A stretch of 63,805 bases of DNA, counting the filler, from a bacterium (GTDB taxonomy: Bacteria > UBP15 > UBA6099 > JAJRTR01): the NCBI GenBank assembly GCA_024278215.1. It is 5 parts of 4 records of this genome, joined end to end, with 100 filler letters (N's around TTAATTAATTAA, not from the genome) between each part and the next. Parts side by side here need not be neighbours in the genome. Positions count along the whole stretch, not along the records: positions 44,492 to 49,002 come from JAJRTR010000010.1; positions 49,103 to 60,527 come from JAJRTR010000179.1; 3 more parts are not named here. One strand, written 5' to 3'. Positions 45,358-55,502 of the stretch are shown here, one piece after another. Position 1 is the first letter of the stretch; every line of letters starts with the position of its first letter. The translations under genes were made by a program, and so were the position numbers. The notes below the pieces were generated by a model that worked only from the letters and a program-made list of their open reading frames with translations, was not told the DNA's origin and ran no database searches.

Positions 45358-46137
45358 TTACTTCAAAGTCAGAGCATAAGCGTGGAGAGCCGCGCCGAGA
45401 GCGCCGATAGTCTGGGGGCTTACGGGGATACCGATATTTATCTTGCCGACTGTTTCGAGCGCGCGTTTTATGCCGAGGTTTTTCGCCACGCCGCCCGTGA
45501 GAACCACCGGTTCCTGAATTCTCAGCCTGCTTGCAAGCGCAAGCACACGCGAAGCGATCGACTTGTGGAGTCCGGCGATGATATTCTCGACAGGCTCGCG
45601 GCGTGCCAGCAGAGAGATGACCTCCGACTCGGCGAAAACAGTGCATGTGTTGGAAATATCAATCATTTTATCAGCTTTTCCTGATATTTCGCCGAAGTCG
45701 TCGAGAGCCACACCCAGCGCGGTCGCCATGACCTCGAGGAATCTGCCAGTGCCGGCGGCGCATTTATCATTCATTACAAAATCGATCACCTTGCCGTTGT
45801 CGGAAAGGGAAATGACCTTACTATCCTGACCGCCGATATCAATGATAGTGCGAGCTTCGGGCATGCGAAAATACGCGCCTTTGCCGTGGCAAGTGATCTC
45901 GCTGATTTCTTTGTGGGCGATGTCACAACTGACGCGGCCATAGCCGGTTGCGACGATCTTTTTTATATCGTCGAACTTCGCGCCTGCCTGCGAGAGCGCC
46001 TCCCGCACACACTCGTCGGTAATAATCTTTGTATCGTAGCCGCTTTTGCGGACACAGGAGCCGAGCACATCCCTGCCGTCTTCAAGTACAACAGTTTTTA
46101 TTGTATTAGAGCCCAGGTCGATGCCGAGAGTGATCAT
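45358..46137 (-). CDS. ATP-dependent activator of 2-hydroxyacyl-CoA dehydratase (HgdC/BcrAD ASKHA family)
   Basis: GIDLGS, ATGYGR, EITCH, IDIGGQDSK, MNDKCAAGTGRFLE and CTVFAESE. Confidence 0.95.
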   Translation of the reverse strand: MITLGIDLGSNTIKTVVLEDGRDVLGSCVRKSGYDTKIITDECVREALSQAGAKFDDIKKIVATGYGRVSCDIAHKEISEITCHGKGAYFRMPEARTIIDIGGQDSKVISLSDNGKVIDFVMNDKCAAGTGRFLEVMATALGVALDDFGEISGKADKMIDISNTCTVFAESEVISLLARREPVENIIAGLHKSIASRVLALASRLRIQEPVVLTGGVAKNLGIKRALETVGKINIGIPVSPQTIGALGAALHAYALTLK

Positions 46138-47348
46138 GAAGCTTCTTTCCTCTCTTTGAGTGTTTCGATGAAAGCCTGTAATCGTGTTTCGATCTGCTCG
46201 TCGGAGTAGGCACGTGTGTCGCACATATCGGCCTCGATAATCAGGCCGGGTAGTCCGGTGCGGCGCGACACCTCGTCTTTGATGTCGAACTGTCCGAACG
46301 AGTAGGGTTTGCAGCTTCGGTTCGAGTGAATCAGGAAACCGTCGGCCTTGTATTTTTTAATAAGACTAGTGAAATTTTCAATTTTCGCGTCGACATTGCG
46401 ATTGAGGTACACGGAAGCGTAGGCGCGGGCCATAGTGCCGAAGGGATCGTCGGGGTTGATATCGTTGTCGGCCCAGGCGTTTGTGTAGGTATCGCCGACG
46501 AGGCACGCACCGTAGCTTGCGAGAGTTTTAGAGAGTCTGCGCATTTTATACCATATCGGCAGGTTGTCCCACACGAGGCGATATGTCTCATTTTCGACGG
46601 CACCCTTGCCCTGTGCGATGAGCGCTTCAAGTTCCTTCTTGAGACCTTTATAGTATTCGACGACATGTTTAGTGCCCCTGAGTGTGACGATGGGCGCGAG
46701 ATAGAAGAAAGCGTCGAAGCACGTCATCGGCGCGGGCACATTCTCGCATGTCGAGAGGATTTCATTCCAGAGTTTTATACCTTCGTTCGCGTATTGCGCC
46801 ACCTGCTTTGTTTTTTTCTCGTTTAACCTGCGCCCTGTGATCTTTTCAATCTCCGGGATAATCGATTCGAACTGTTCCTTCACATAATTGACGATATCGT
46901 CGTTGAGACCGTCATAGTTGTACGGCGTGTCGAGGAAAACGAGCGGCACATCGTAGTAGCGCGCCTGCACCTCGTACCATTTCAGAACAGTGCCGCAGAT
47001 GTTATTGCAGCAGAGGAGGAAGTCGGGTCTGGGCAGTCCGCCGACAGGACTTTTTTGCGTGACGGCCTGGCCCACGTCGCAGCGGAAGTAGGAGCAGAGG
47101 TCCTGCGAGTAGCCCAGTTTTTCAGCTTCGCCGGATAGTTCGACACCCATCTTCACAGCGCCGATCATAGCGCCGTGATTCTCCGGATATATAGGCGTGA
47201 TGCCCATAGCGATCAGTATCTCGACCGGTCCGCCGCTCGTGATCCAGCAGGTTTTCGTGAACGGCCAGTATTTCGCGCCCAGCTTGGCCTTCACATAATA
47301 CTTCTTCATCAGGTTTCTGAGTTTCTTGTTGCTGTCTATTTTGGGCAT
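46134..47348 (-). CDS. 2-hydroxyacyl-CoA dehydratase / benzoyl-CoA reductase-like subunit
   Basis: PENHGA, DLCSY, NNICGTVLKWYE, NRSCKP, EADMCD and TRLQAFIE. Confidence 0.9.
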   Translation of the reverse strand: MPKIDSNKKLRNLMKKYYVKAKLGAKYWPFTKTCWITSGGPVEILIAMGITPIYPENHGAMIGAVKMGVELSGEAEKLGYSQDLCSYFRCDVGQAVTQKSPVGGLPRPDFLLCCNNICGTVLKWYEVQARYYDVPLVFLDTPYNYDGLNDDIVNYVKEQFESIIPEIEKITGRRLNEKKTKQVAQYANEGIKLWNEILSTCENVPAPMTCFDAFFYLAPIVTLRGTKHVVEYYKGLKKELEALIAQGKGAVENETYRLVWDNLPIWYKMRRLSKTLASYGACLVGDTYTNAWADNDINPDDPFGTMARAYASVYLNRNVDAKIENFTSLIKKYKADGFLIHSNRSCKPYSFGQFDIKDEVSRRTGLPGLIIEADMCDTRAYSDEQIETRLQAFIETLKERKEAS

Positions 47349-47402
47349 AATGATCTCCGTGCTTCTGGTCGCCGCGTGCTCACCGGCTTCGCCGCGTTCG
47401 GA

Positions 47403-48521
47403 TCACTCCAGTATCTCGAGGAATGCCTGTAGCTTGGTCCTGATCTGGCCGGAGGGTGCCAGCGACTGTTCGATCTCGATCAACTGACTGGGGATACCCT
47501 TCGCTTCGAGTCCTTTGCGAAGGTCGGGATAATCGAAACTGTGCGGATCGCAGAATTTCAGATAAAGGAATATCGCGCCGTCTATCCCGCACTTCCCGGC
47601 CAGTCCCGTGAGGTAGTGTTCGCGTGAATACAGGCCGCGATGTTTCGCGGCGCAGTGTGGACGGCTGAAGTAGCGGCGCGCGACACCCTCGATTGTCGGT
47701 TCAGTCACCTGCTGCGCGAAATAGCGGCGTCCCGTACACAGGTCGTCGTCGGCGATCATCGCTCCGAATTCATCCGCCAGCAGATATATATCTTCACTGA
47801 TATTTATACTGCCAATCAGCATCAGTCTCTTCCGCTTATCGTCCTCAGGTTCGTTTTCGTCGAATGTGCCGAGGTATGATTCCAGGATTCCGTTGATGTC
47901 CCTCTTGTCCGAGATCATCGAAGCGACAACCGTATGATGTAGAGTAACACCGGGTATTTCCTTCGGGTATGAGCGGTGAAGGGCGTACAGCTTATCCAGC
48001 AGGCCGCGGTTGAGGTTATAGACGGAAATACTTTCCACCAGTGCGTCCCTGTCGAGTGTTTTGCCCGTGTGTTCCTCGAGCGCCGCAGCGAAATTCTTCA
48101 GTTCGGCCAGTGCGTAGCGAAACGCGATATCGTTATTGATGCTCGTGGGAAAGTTAACATTTTTCACAAAAATGTCCGGGTTGTTACGCTTGAAAATATC
48201 GTGGAACGACTGCATCGAGTCGCAAGTGTGCGCGAAAATCACAGCGTCGATGCCGATATATTCGTCGTTGATGAAATCCTCCAGCAGACTCCTGATCTGC
48301 GAGCAGCAATAGGTCTGAAGATACCTGTCGGCCTGCCTGATGTTCTGAGCCCTGCCCAGCAGCCTGTAGGGGATGTAGCCGAATGCGTCCAGCAACTCCT
48401 CGGGCACATAAGAACAAGTATAACCGGCAATGTTTTTTCCAGCCGCCTTGTATCGTTTAAGCTGTTCATAAGGATTTGCGCAGATATCCGCAACAATTTC
48501 CGGAAAATTCTTTGCGTTCAT
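47403..48521 (-). CDS. 2-hydroxyacyl-CoA dehydratase / benzoyl-CoA reductase-like subunit
   Basis: CSYVPEEL, YCCS, HTCD, DDLCTGRRY, KFCDPH and TKLQAFLE. Confidence 0.9.
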   Translation of the reverse strand: MNAKNFPEIVADICANPYEQLKRYKAAGKNIAGYTCSYVPEELLDAFGYIPYRLLGRAQNIRQADRYLQTYCCSQIRSLLEDFINDEYIGIDAVIFAHTCDSMQSFHDIFKRNNPDIFVKNVNFPTSINNDIAFRYALAELKNFAAALEEHTGKTLDRDALVESISVYNLNRGLLDKLYALHRSYPKEIPGVTLHHTVVASMISDKRDINGILESYLGTFDENEPEDDKRKRLMLIGSINISEDIYLLADEFGAMIADDDLCTGRRYFAQQVTEPTIEGVARRYFSRPHCAAKHRGLYSREHYLTGLAGKCGIDGAIFLYLKFCDPHSFDYPDLRKGLEAKGIPSQLIEIEQSLAPSGQIRTKLQAFLEILE

Positions 48522-48766
48522 GTCAACCTCTCGACCGGTTCCTCTATTTTGATACATACGAGCCGATTGCAAAATTACATTCTACTGCAATCGGCTCATA
48601 CATATCATCGGTTCCGGCTGCTGCCGGACTATAAGCATATAATACATATAATATTCATAGCATAAACATGCAACTCATACAATTTTAAGGCGCACAACGT
48701 ATCATCAAATTGACTGGTGCCCGGCCCGTATGATAGCATGAAGCCGAAATTCAGGATGGTGGCGTA

Positions 48767-49002
48767 ATGAAGAAAAGTCTGAACATGGAAATCGCGGGGA
48801 TCGTAATATCCTTCGACGGTATTCCCGCTAAAGCCGTAAAAGCGCTGAAAAAAAAGTTCGCGGGCTTTACATGCAAAAAAGAAGGTGTTCTCAAATGGAC
48901 AGTCGATTGGGGAACGCCCGCGAACGAAAGCGGCCCATGGGACATCCGGTGCGAATACGACCTGGAAAAGTGGATATTCCGGCGCGGCGACTTCCGGGCC
49001 GA
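48767..49002 (+). CDS. N-terminus of a hypothetical protein (3' lost in gap)
   Basis: ATG with a purine-rich upstream region, open into the gap. Confidence 0.5.
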
Positions 49003-49102
49003 NNNNNNNNNNNNNNNNNNNNNNNNNNNNNNNNNNNNNNNNNNNNTTAATTAATTAANNNNNNNNNNNNNNNNNNNNNNNNNNNNNNNNNNNNNNNNNN
49101 NN
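49003..49102. other. Assembly spacer
   Basis: N...TTAATTAATTAA...N. Confidence 0.98.
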
Positions 49103-49248
49103 CGGCTGCTATTGTCCATAGCTGCGTTGTCGGCATAAAATCGTCCTCGACGTACTCTACAAGTACGTCTGCGAGGATTTTACACCTCCGCCTTGCTCTG
49201 AACAATTTCGCTCGACCTCGCTACGAACATAATTTTGCAGTTGGTTCT
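49103..49248. mobile_element. Family C MITE, reverse copy truncated by the gap
   Basis: The reverse complement aligns over its whole length to 29195-29340. Confidence 0.75.
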
Positions 49249-49615
49249 ATTGTTCAGAGACGCCGATCTCCTCGACTTCGATAGAGTCGATAAGCAGTTC
49301 GCGTCCCGAGATGAGATTTCCTTTTGCATCGCCACATTCAGGACATTCGTTAACGCCGTCCGGTGATTCGTATTCATTGCCGCAGGCGCCGCACCGCATA
49401 ACTATCGGCTGTATCTCGATGTTAACTTCCGCGCCCGCCAGCCCGGGTTTATCTTCGGTAAGCATTTCATAGTAGAACCTGATATATTCAGGAATCACGC
49501 CTGTCAGCCGCCCGAGTATGATCCTGATCGACTTCACGCGCAGCCCCCGCCCGGCGTTGTCGACTGCCTGCTCGACAGTTTTGACAATCTCCTGTGTGAC
49601 TGACAACTCGTGCAT
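49247..49615 (-). CDS. hypA: Hydrogenase maturation nickel metallochaperone HypA
   Basis: MHELSV, CGAC...CPECG and GRELLIDSIEVE. Confidence 0.93.
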   Translation of the reverse strand: MHELSVTQEIVKTVEQAVDNAGRGLRVKSIRIILGRLTGVIPEYIRFYYEMLTEDKPGLAGAEVNIEIQPIVMRCGACGNEYESPDGVNECPECGDAKGNLISGRELLIDSIEVEEIGVSEQ

Positions 49616-49661
49616 CGATATCTTTTTTCCACATGAGATCATCCCGCCTTCCGGGAATCCA

Positions 49662-50501
49662 TCATTTCTTTTTCTGTTGCTTTTCGGCATACTTTTTCAG
49701 GATGCCGTCGAGCACGTCGGGGTAGTTGGTTATGATGCCGTCCACGCCGTATTTTATCAGGCGCTTCATCGTCACCGGATCGTCGACGGTGTAGACATTG
49801 ACAGCGAGGCCGCGTTTGTGTGCCGCTTTGACAATTGTTCTTGTCACGGCGATATATCTCGGGTTGACGGCATCGGGGCGGCAGGCTTCGATGATCTTGT
49901 CGAGGTCGGCTTTCGAGTTGATGTCGCCGACGAGCGCGCCTGTGTGGATTTCCGGGTTCAGCTCTTTGATCTTCAACAGGTATTCGTGGTGGAAGCTGGA
50001 GACGATAACCTGGTCGGTCATGTCGAGTTTCTCGACCATCTTCACAACTTTCTTTTCGCAGCCGTCGGATTTGATCTCGATGTTGACCTGGATTTTGTCT
50101 TTCGCCCATTTCAGGACTTCATATAATGTGGGGATGCGTTCGTCTTTAAACTTTTCAGACATCCAAGAACCGGCGTCGAGCTTGCGTATGTCGCTCAATT
50201 TCATAAACCGGATTTTGTTCACGACCCCCGTTGTCCTGTCGGTGTCCGGGTCGTGTATGACGACGATGTGGCCGTCGAGAGTGCGGTGGATGTCGAGTTC
50301 GATCATGTCCGCGCCGAGTTCGCGGGCTTTTTCAAATGAAGCCATAGTATTTTCAGGCGCGTAGGCGCTTGCGCCTCTGTGGGCGATGATCCTTGTTTTA
50401 TATTCGGGAGCGGGCAGCGCCCCGGCCGCCACGCAGTAAAGCAATGCCGCAGCCTGAAAACACATAATAGCCACAAGTAATTTCGAGGAATACTTTATCA
50501 T
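49662..50501 (-). CDS. Glycerophosphodiester phosphodiesterase, exported
   Basis: Signal peptide, IAHRGASAYAPENT, IELDIH, HD, NIEIK and DGIITNYP. Confidence 0.93.
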   Translation of the reverse strand: MIKYSSKLLVAIMCFQAAALLYCVAAGALPAPEYKTRIIAHRGASAYAPENTMASFEKARELGADMIELDIHRTLDGHIVVIHDPDTDRTTGVVNKIRFMKLSDIRKLDAGSWMSEKFKDERIPTLYEVLKWAKDKIQVNIEIKSDGCEKKVVKMVEKLDMTDQVIVSSFHHEYLLKIKELNPEIHTGALVGDINSKADLDKIIEACRPDAVNPRYIAVTRTIVKAAHKRGLAVNVYTVDDPVTMKRLIKYGVDGIITNYPDVLDGILKKYAEKQQKKK

Positions 50502-50581
50502 TTAAAAGCCTCCGTATAAGGACATTCACAGGACCGTGCCGGGTATGCGCGTCAATACACCGCGAGCGGGAAATGGGGGCG

Positions 50582-51796
50582 TCACAGCCGCCTGTGTTTC
50601 GAGTAGTAGCCGACGATTTTGCGAACCGCCTCGATTACGTCTTCGACGTCGCTGTCTGTGATTCCGGCGGACATCGGGATGGAGATAGTGCGCTCTGAAA
50701 TAAACTCCGCTTCAGGAAAATCACCGATGGAATAGCCGAAGGTTTTACTGTAATAGCTGTGCAGGTGCAGAGAAATGAAATGGATGCCTACGCCGATGTT
50801 TTCCGCCTGGAGCGCAGCCGCGAAAGTGTCGCGGTTGATACCGGCGGCATCGGGGTTTATCAATAATGTGTAAAGGTGCCGGGCGTGGCGGATGTTGTCC
50901 TGTTCGAGAGGCACGGTGATGAATTCCGAAGCCAGCGCGTCCGAATACCGCCGCCAGTGCCTGTCGCGCACGTCGAGCAGTTTGCCGATTCGCTCGAACT
51001 GGTGGATGCCCAGCGCCGCCTGTATATCCATCATGTTATATTTGAAACCGGGCATAAGTGTGTCGTATAGCTGGAATCCCTTATCGGTGTAACGCTTCCA
51101 TGCGTTTTTGCTCATTCCGTGCAGACTGCGAATGCGCATCTGTTCGCATAGTTCCTTGCTGCCTGTTGTGACGATGCCGCCCTCACCCATAGCGAGATTC
51201 TTGGTCACATAAAAAGAAAAAGATGTTATGTCGCCGATAGAACCGATCTTCCGGCCTTTATAAACAGCCTCGATAGCGTGTGCGGCGTCTTCGATTATAA
51301 AGAGATTGTGCTCGTGCGCGAGTTCGAGAATTGGGTCCATATCGCAGGGCCGGCCTGCGAAATGAACAGGCATTATCGCCTTTGTTTTCGGTGTGATCTT
51401 TCGGGCGACGGCCTCGGGGTCGATGTTCATCGTGCGGCGGTCGATGTCGGCGAATACAGGGGTCGCGCCTGTATGCACGATAACATTTGCCGTGGCGGTG
51501 AATGTCATGGGCGAAGTAATCACTTCGTCGCCCGGCCCTATGCCGAGCACTATGAGCGCGAGGTGCAGGCCGGCAGTACACGAGTTGAGAGCCAGCGCAT
51601 ATTTCGCATTCGCGTAATCGGCGAACATATCTTCGAAACGCTGGGTCTTGGGACCGGTGCTCAGCCAGCCCGACCTGAGCGTATCCACTACTTCGTTTAT
51701 ATCTTCATCGTCGATAAGAGGACTGCCGAAAACCAGGAAATCGTCCCTGACCGGCACACCGCCCTCGAGTGCAGGAATGTCACTAATGTTTGTCAT
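50582..51796 (-). CDS. DegT/DnrJ/EryC1/StrS nucleotide-sugar aminotransferase
   Basis: NSCTAGLHL, IEDAAHA, FSFYVTKNL and GEGG. Confidence 0.93.
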   Translation of the reverse strand: MTNISDIPALEGGVPVRDDFLVFGSPLIDDEDINEVVDTLRSGWLSTGPKTQRFEDMFADYANAKYALALNSCTAGLHLALIVLGIGPGDEVITSPMTFTATANVIVHTGATPVFADIDRRTMNIDPEAVARKITPKTKAIMPVHFAGRPCDMDPILELAHEHNLFIIEDAAHAIEAVYKGRKIGSIGDITSFSFYVTKNLAMGEGGIVTTGSKELCEQMRIRSLHGMSKNAWKRYTDKGFQLYDTLMPGFKYNMMDIQAALGIHQFERIGKLLDVRDRHWRRYSDALASEFITVPLEQDNIRHARHLYTLLINPDAAGINRDTFAAALQAENIGVGIHFISLHLHSYYSKTFGYSIGDFPEAEFISERTISIPMSAGITDSDVEDVIEAVRKIVGYYSKHRRL

Positions 51797-52030
51797 AAAA
51801 TATGCCGCGTTCCTTTCATCATTACAGACACGCATACAGCAACGGCACTATACGAATACTTTCCGGATATTAATCTTATCATTGCGTGTGCCGGAAAACA
51901 ATTCCAGTGCATGATAATGGAGCTCCAGGCGGAATTATTTGAAATAAACCCCGTGTCGATTTGATACGCCGGAACAAATATTTAATAATGTCTTGAGTAC
52001 TTGATAAGGTGTTTAACGATCGGAATAATC

Positions 52031-52088
52031 GTAACACTTTAGACATCTGAAGCAAAGTCGGGAATTCTTCACTTGGCTAAAGTGTTAC
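52031..52088. mobile_element. 58-bp mini-MITE with 8-bp target-site duplication
   Basis: GAATAATC-[GTAACACTTTAG...CTAAAGTGTTAC]-GAATAATC. Confidence 0.75.
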
Positions 52089-52116
52089 GAATAATCAGTA
52101 TTGCGGGGCGGAAATT

Positions 52117-52602
52117 GTGGAGGAATACATTGTGAAGCCGGAACCGGTAGACATACGGATAGACAGGGAAGGCCGCTGGTTTGCAAACGGTCGTGAGGTG
52201 ATAAACGAAAAGATTTACAAACTTTTCTGCGACTCGCTTGTTTGTGAAGACGGCAAGTACAAGATCAAAATAGATTACATGGAAAACCCGGTCGAAGTGG
52301 AAGACGCGCCGTTTTCCGTCAGGACAGTATTCGTGGAAAACACATCTGAAAACGAAGATATTATCTGGCTTGTCCTGAACGATCAGCGCCGTGTCCGGCT
52401 CGACCCGGAAACACTTCGCGCACCGGAACCGGACGCGCTTTATTGCACGATCGACAACGAAAAAAGGCTCGATGCCCGCTTTTCAGCCGGAGCACTGACG
52501 CAGATCGGCTCTATGATGGAGTTCGACGAAAACAGGGGAATATTTATATTGCTGCTCAACGGAAACGAATATTCCTTCCAGGTGGGCCGGTCGGGTGAAT
52601 GA
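52117..52602 (+). CDS. DUF1285-like protein
   Basis: IRIDREGRWFANG and VEVEDAPF motifs. Confidence 0.75.
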   Translation: MEEYIVKPEPVDIRIDREGRWFANGREVINEKIYKLFCDSLVCEDGKYKIKIDYMENPVEVEDAPFSVRTVFVENTSENEDIIWLVLNDQRRVRLDPETLRAPEPDALYCTIDNEKRLDARFSAGALTQIGSMMEFDENRGIFILLLNGNEYSFQVGRSGE

Positions 52603-52746
52603 ATCGGGCTATTATCGTAATGCTTTTAACCCATTGCACCGGGAAGAGTCTACAATATATAATTGGCCCTGGTTATGTGTGCGCGGCCCACGCTATACTG
52701 CACTGAACAAGAAAACTACAATGACATAAAATACTCAAGGTGAAAT

Positions 52747-54129
52747 ATGAATAAACAAAAGACATACTGTTTCAGGCCATACCTGTTTGTTCTCGCAGTG
52801 CTGACGGCGGTCCTTTTTAATTGGACGACGACGGAAGCAGTCCGGGCCGAAGACACGCCGCTGGCGACTGTCACAGTCATAGATGGCGATGGCGCGCAGA
52901 TGCAGCGCAACGGCGCGGCGGACTGGGAGCCGGCAAGCGAAGAGATGGATATATATCAGGGCGACAAAATAAAAACAGACAAAGTCACAAAAGTCGAAGC
53001 ACAGCTTCCCGACAACAGCATAGTGCGAATCAGTGAACTATCGAGTATTACCTTCGGTGTGCCGGAGATTTCCGGAACGAAACTTGATATGGAACAGGGC
53101 CGCATGTGGTGCAAGCTGAAAAAACTGAAGACGGGCGTAACGTTCGAGGTCGTCACACCAACGGTAACAGCCGGAGTGCGCGGCACAACTTTCTGGGTGG
53201 ATGCGCAGAACCCGGAGGAAAACATCATCGGTGTCGAGGACGGCCAGGTCGAGGCGGTACGCGGCCGCAAACGCATTATGCTCAATCGTCTGATGCGCAT
53301 ATCCGCGCTCCGGGACCGGCTCGAAGAAGCAGACTACTTCGACCCGGAGAAAAGACAGCGATGGGAGCAGTTCACCACCAGGATCATCAAAAAACGTATG
53401 GAGCGTTTCAGGGAAGTGGTCGGCGAATACCGCGACAACTCCGTCGAAGCTGCTGAAAAGGGGGCCGAACTTGTAAGGAATATCACCGAACTGGACAAAA
53501 AAACACGCGAACTTGTCGCAGGCCTCGAGGTGACGATGAAAAAACAGGAACGACTTACGCAAGAGACCGATAAGCTGGTGGGAAAAGCGAAACAGGTGAA
53601 AAAAAACAGACAGACAAGACTTAAGAAATATCAACTCCGCCGGTTGAAATCGAAAGTTGACAGGCTGATAAAAACTTCCGCCGAAGTTGCCGACGATTTT
53701 AAAACTTCCAAAGAAGCATTCACAAAACATTTCCTGTCAGTGCAGGAATATCTCCAGCAGACGCGGGAACTCGACACGAAAATCTCCGCATTGAAAAAAC
53801 AGCAGAATGAACTGAAAAGGAAAACCGAGCGGAAAAAGAAGCGTCGCGAGTTCGACCCGGACTGGCCGCAACTCCAGAAGATACATGCTGTAATCGAAAA
53901 GAGAGTCGCCGAAGTCATCGAGAACACGGAACGCAGCGATAAGATTCTATCCCGCTTCGGCGAAGCAACGCAGGAAAAGGCTGTTACACTGTTCGAGCAT
54001 ACGGAAAAACTCAAAACCTATATTGATGAAAACAAAACGAGAATCAGGGAGTCGGTCAAATCACTCGGGAAAACCCATGCGAAACTCGTAGTGCTGCAAC
54101 AGGCTATCGACAAAGAGTTGGAGAAATAG
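52747..54129 (+). CDS. Exported FecR-domain protein with long C-terminal coiled coil
   Basis: Signal peptide, GDKIKT...LPDNSIVRISELS and FEVVTPTVTAGVRGTTF, then about 250 aa of K/E heptads. Confidence 0.8.
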   Translation: MNKQKTYCFRPYLFVLAVLTAVLFNWTTTEAVRAEDTPLATVTVIDGDGAQMQRNGAADWEPASEEMDIYQGDKIKTDKVTKVEAQLPDNSIVRISELSSITFGVPEISGTKLDMEQGRMWCKLKKLKTGVTFEVVTPTVTAGVRGTTFWVDAQNPEENIIGVEDGQVEAVRGRKRIMLNRLMRISALRDRLEEADYFDPEKRQRWEQFTTRIIKKRMERFREVVGEYRDNSVEAAEKGAELVRNITELDKKTRELVAGLEVTMKKQERLTQETDKLVGKAKQVKKNRQTRLKKYQLRRLKSKVDRLIKTSAEVADDFKTSKEAFTKHFLSVQEYLQQTRELDTKISALKKQQNELKRKTERKKKRREFDPDWPQLQKIHAVIEKRVAEVIENTERSDKILSRFGEATQEKAVTLFEHTEKLKTYIDENKTRIRESVKSLGKTHAKLVVLQQAIDKELEK

Positions 54130-54360
54130 TAGTGCCGGTCATTATCTTTACTGAACGATATTGAGCTATAGCGCAGTTTTCTTTGTACCTGCAATATTCA
54201 TCGCTTCCACCGCCCCCGGTGGGAATGCGTCGGTTGATAGCGCCGACATTCACAAAATACTGTTTTTCAGCGACAACTATTTTTCGCGAATGCGATTTAA
54301 GAAGCTGATAATATGCTAATATATTGCAACAATAAATCTCGAAAGGAATTTCATTTATCT

Positions 54361-55380
54361 ATGAGAAAACTGATTATTACTATGTTTGTTATAACAATCG
54401 GACTCTCCGTCGCCGCCGGACCGGCGCGAGCCGAGGACGAGGAAATGGGCGATGTCATGTTGTCGGTCATGCAGATTGACCTCAACAATAAGTGCAGCCT
54501 GATATGGTGGACGGAAGATGTATGGGCATACATGACAAACGAGGACACCAGTACCGATGCGCTCTACGGTTATTTCATGATGAAAAGCCTGCTCAAAGAC
54601 TATATTTTCTTCTCGGCGATGAACCCGCAGACGCAAAGCGCGTGCACAAACATCTTCGGCACTCCGCTTATCAGGAATGAGGATGGAGTCGGTGCCGCCG
54701 CTGTGCCCACTCACCAATCGTTACAGACTATTATGCCCGGTCTGATCGCTTTTCCCAACAAAGACCTGATGGACCGGCAGGTGATCTCGGATTCGACAAA
54801 AGAATTTTCTGTCGAGATCAAATATGAAGACAGGAAAACCGCGGTCGATTATTCTTTCGATGTACCCCCCGACTATCCTGATGCTGTCTACGATGCTGTC
54901 GAAGCGATGAAGCAGGTAGACATGGCGGACATCGGTTCGATGGACGAAGATGCGTTCTTATTCAAGCAGCTTGCGCCGCGCATGAAGACAGACATCCGCA
55001 CAGGTATTATCGCCGCACCGATTTCAAATGAATTCTTCGACAGTTATTTCAAACAGGATGAAGAGCTGATGAATGATCCGGAAGCCATGGCACAGGCACA
55101 GAATCTTGTGCGCGATTACAGCTTTTTCGTGCTGATACCTGCCGACGACAACCGCACCCGGATCGAAGAAGCGGCAAAAAGCGCTGTCGCTATAGATACA
55201 GCGGGGAATGTCGTAACGGTCAACACAGATGCGAAAAAACTCTTTATGAGTGCCATTGGCACAGGCGGTGATGTTTTTGAAATACTCGTTTTTCCGAAGC
55301 TCGGACGCTACGGCACGGTAAATCTTGTGCTACGCGACCCCGAGTCGAAAAACCTTGCGTCCTTTACTTGGACTGACTGA
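54361..55380 (+). CDS. Exported hypothetical protein with probable internal duplication
   Basis: Signal peptide ending ARA-E. Two similar blocks: LLKDYIFF...LIAFP and LVRDYSFF...ILVFP. Confidence 0.7.
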   Translation: MRKLIITMFVITIGLSVAAGPARAEDEEMGDVMLSVMQIDLNNKCSLIWWTEDVWAYMTNEDTSTDALYGYFMMKSLLKDYIFFSAMNPQTQSACTNIFGTPLIRNEDGVGAAAVPTHQSLQTIMPGLIAFPNKDLMDRQVISDSTKEFSVEIKYEDRKTAVDYSFDVPPDYPDAVYDAVEAMKQVDMADIGSMDEDAFLFKQLAPRMKTDIRTGIIAAPISNEFFDSYFKQDEELMNDPEAMAQAQNLVRDYSFFVLIPADDNRTRIEEAAKSAVAIDTAGNVVTVNTDAKKLFMSAIGTGGDVFEILVFPKLGRYGTVNLVLRDPESKNLASFTWTD

Positions 55381-55502
55381 TCGACTGACTGATTGATTGC
55401 TTCCTTTTTATAGAACCGGCACGACATAATGAGCGCTTTCGCCGACAACATTTTTTGACTTTCGCGGGATCAGTAACTATATTTGTCCCTGTAGTTTTGT
55501 AA

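Noticed and set aside
48767-49002. HPr-kinase-like or ScmC-like protein
   Set aside because: Only 78 codons are visible before the gap and no P-loop is seen, so a family call is not supportable.
52031-52088. Integron attC site
   Set aside because: The TAAC...GTTA ends are suggestive, but the RYYYAAC/GTTRRRY consensus is not met, there is no cassette array or integrase, and an 8-bp direct duplication points to transposition.
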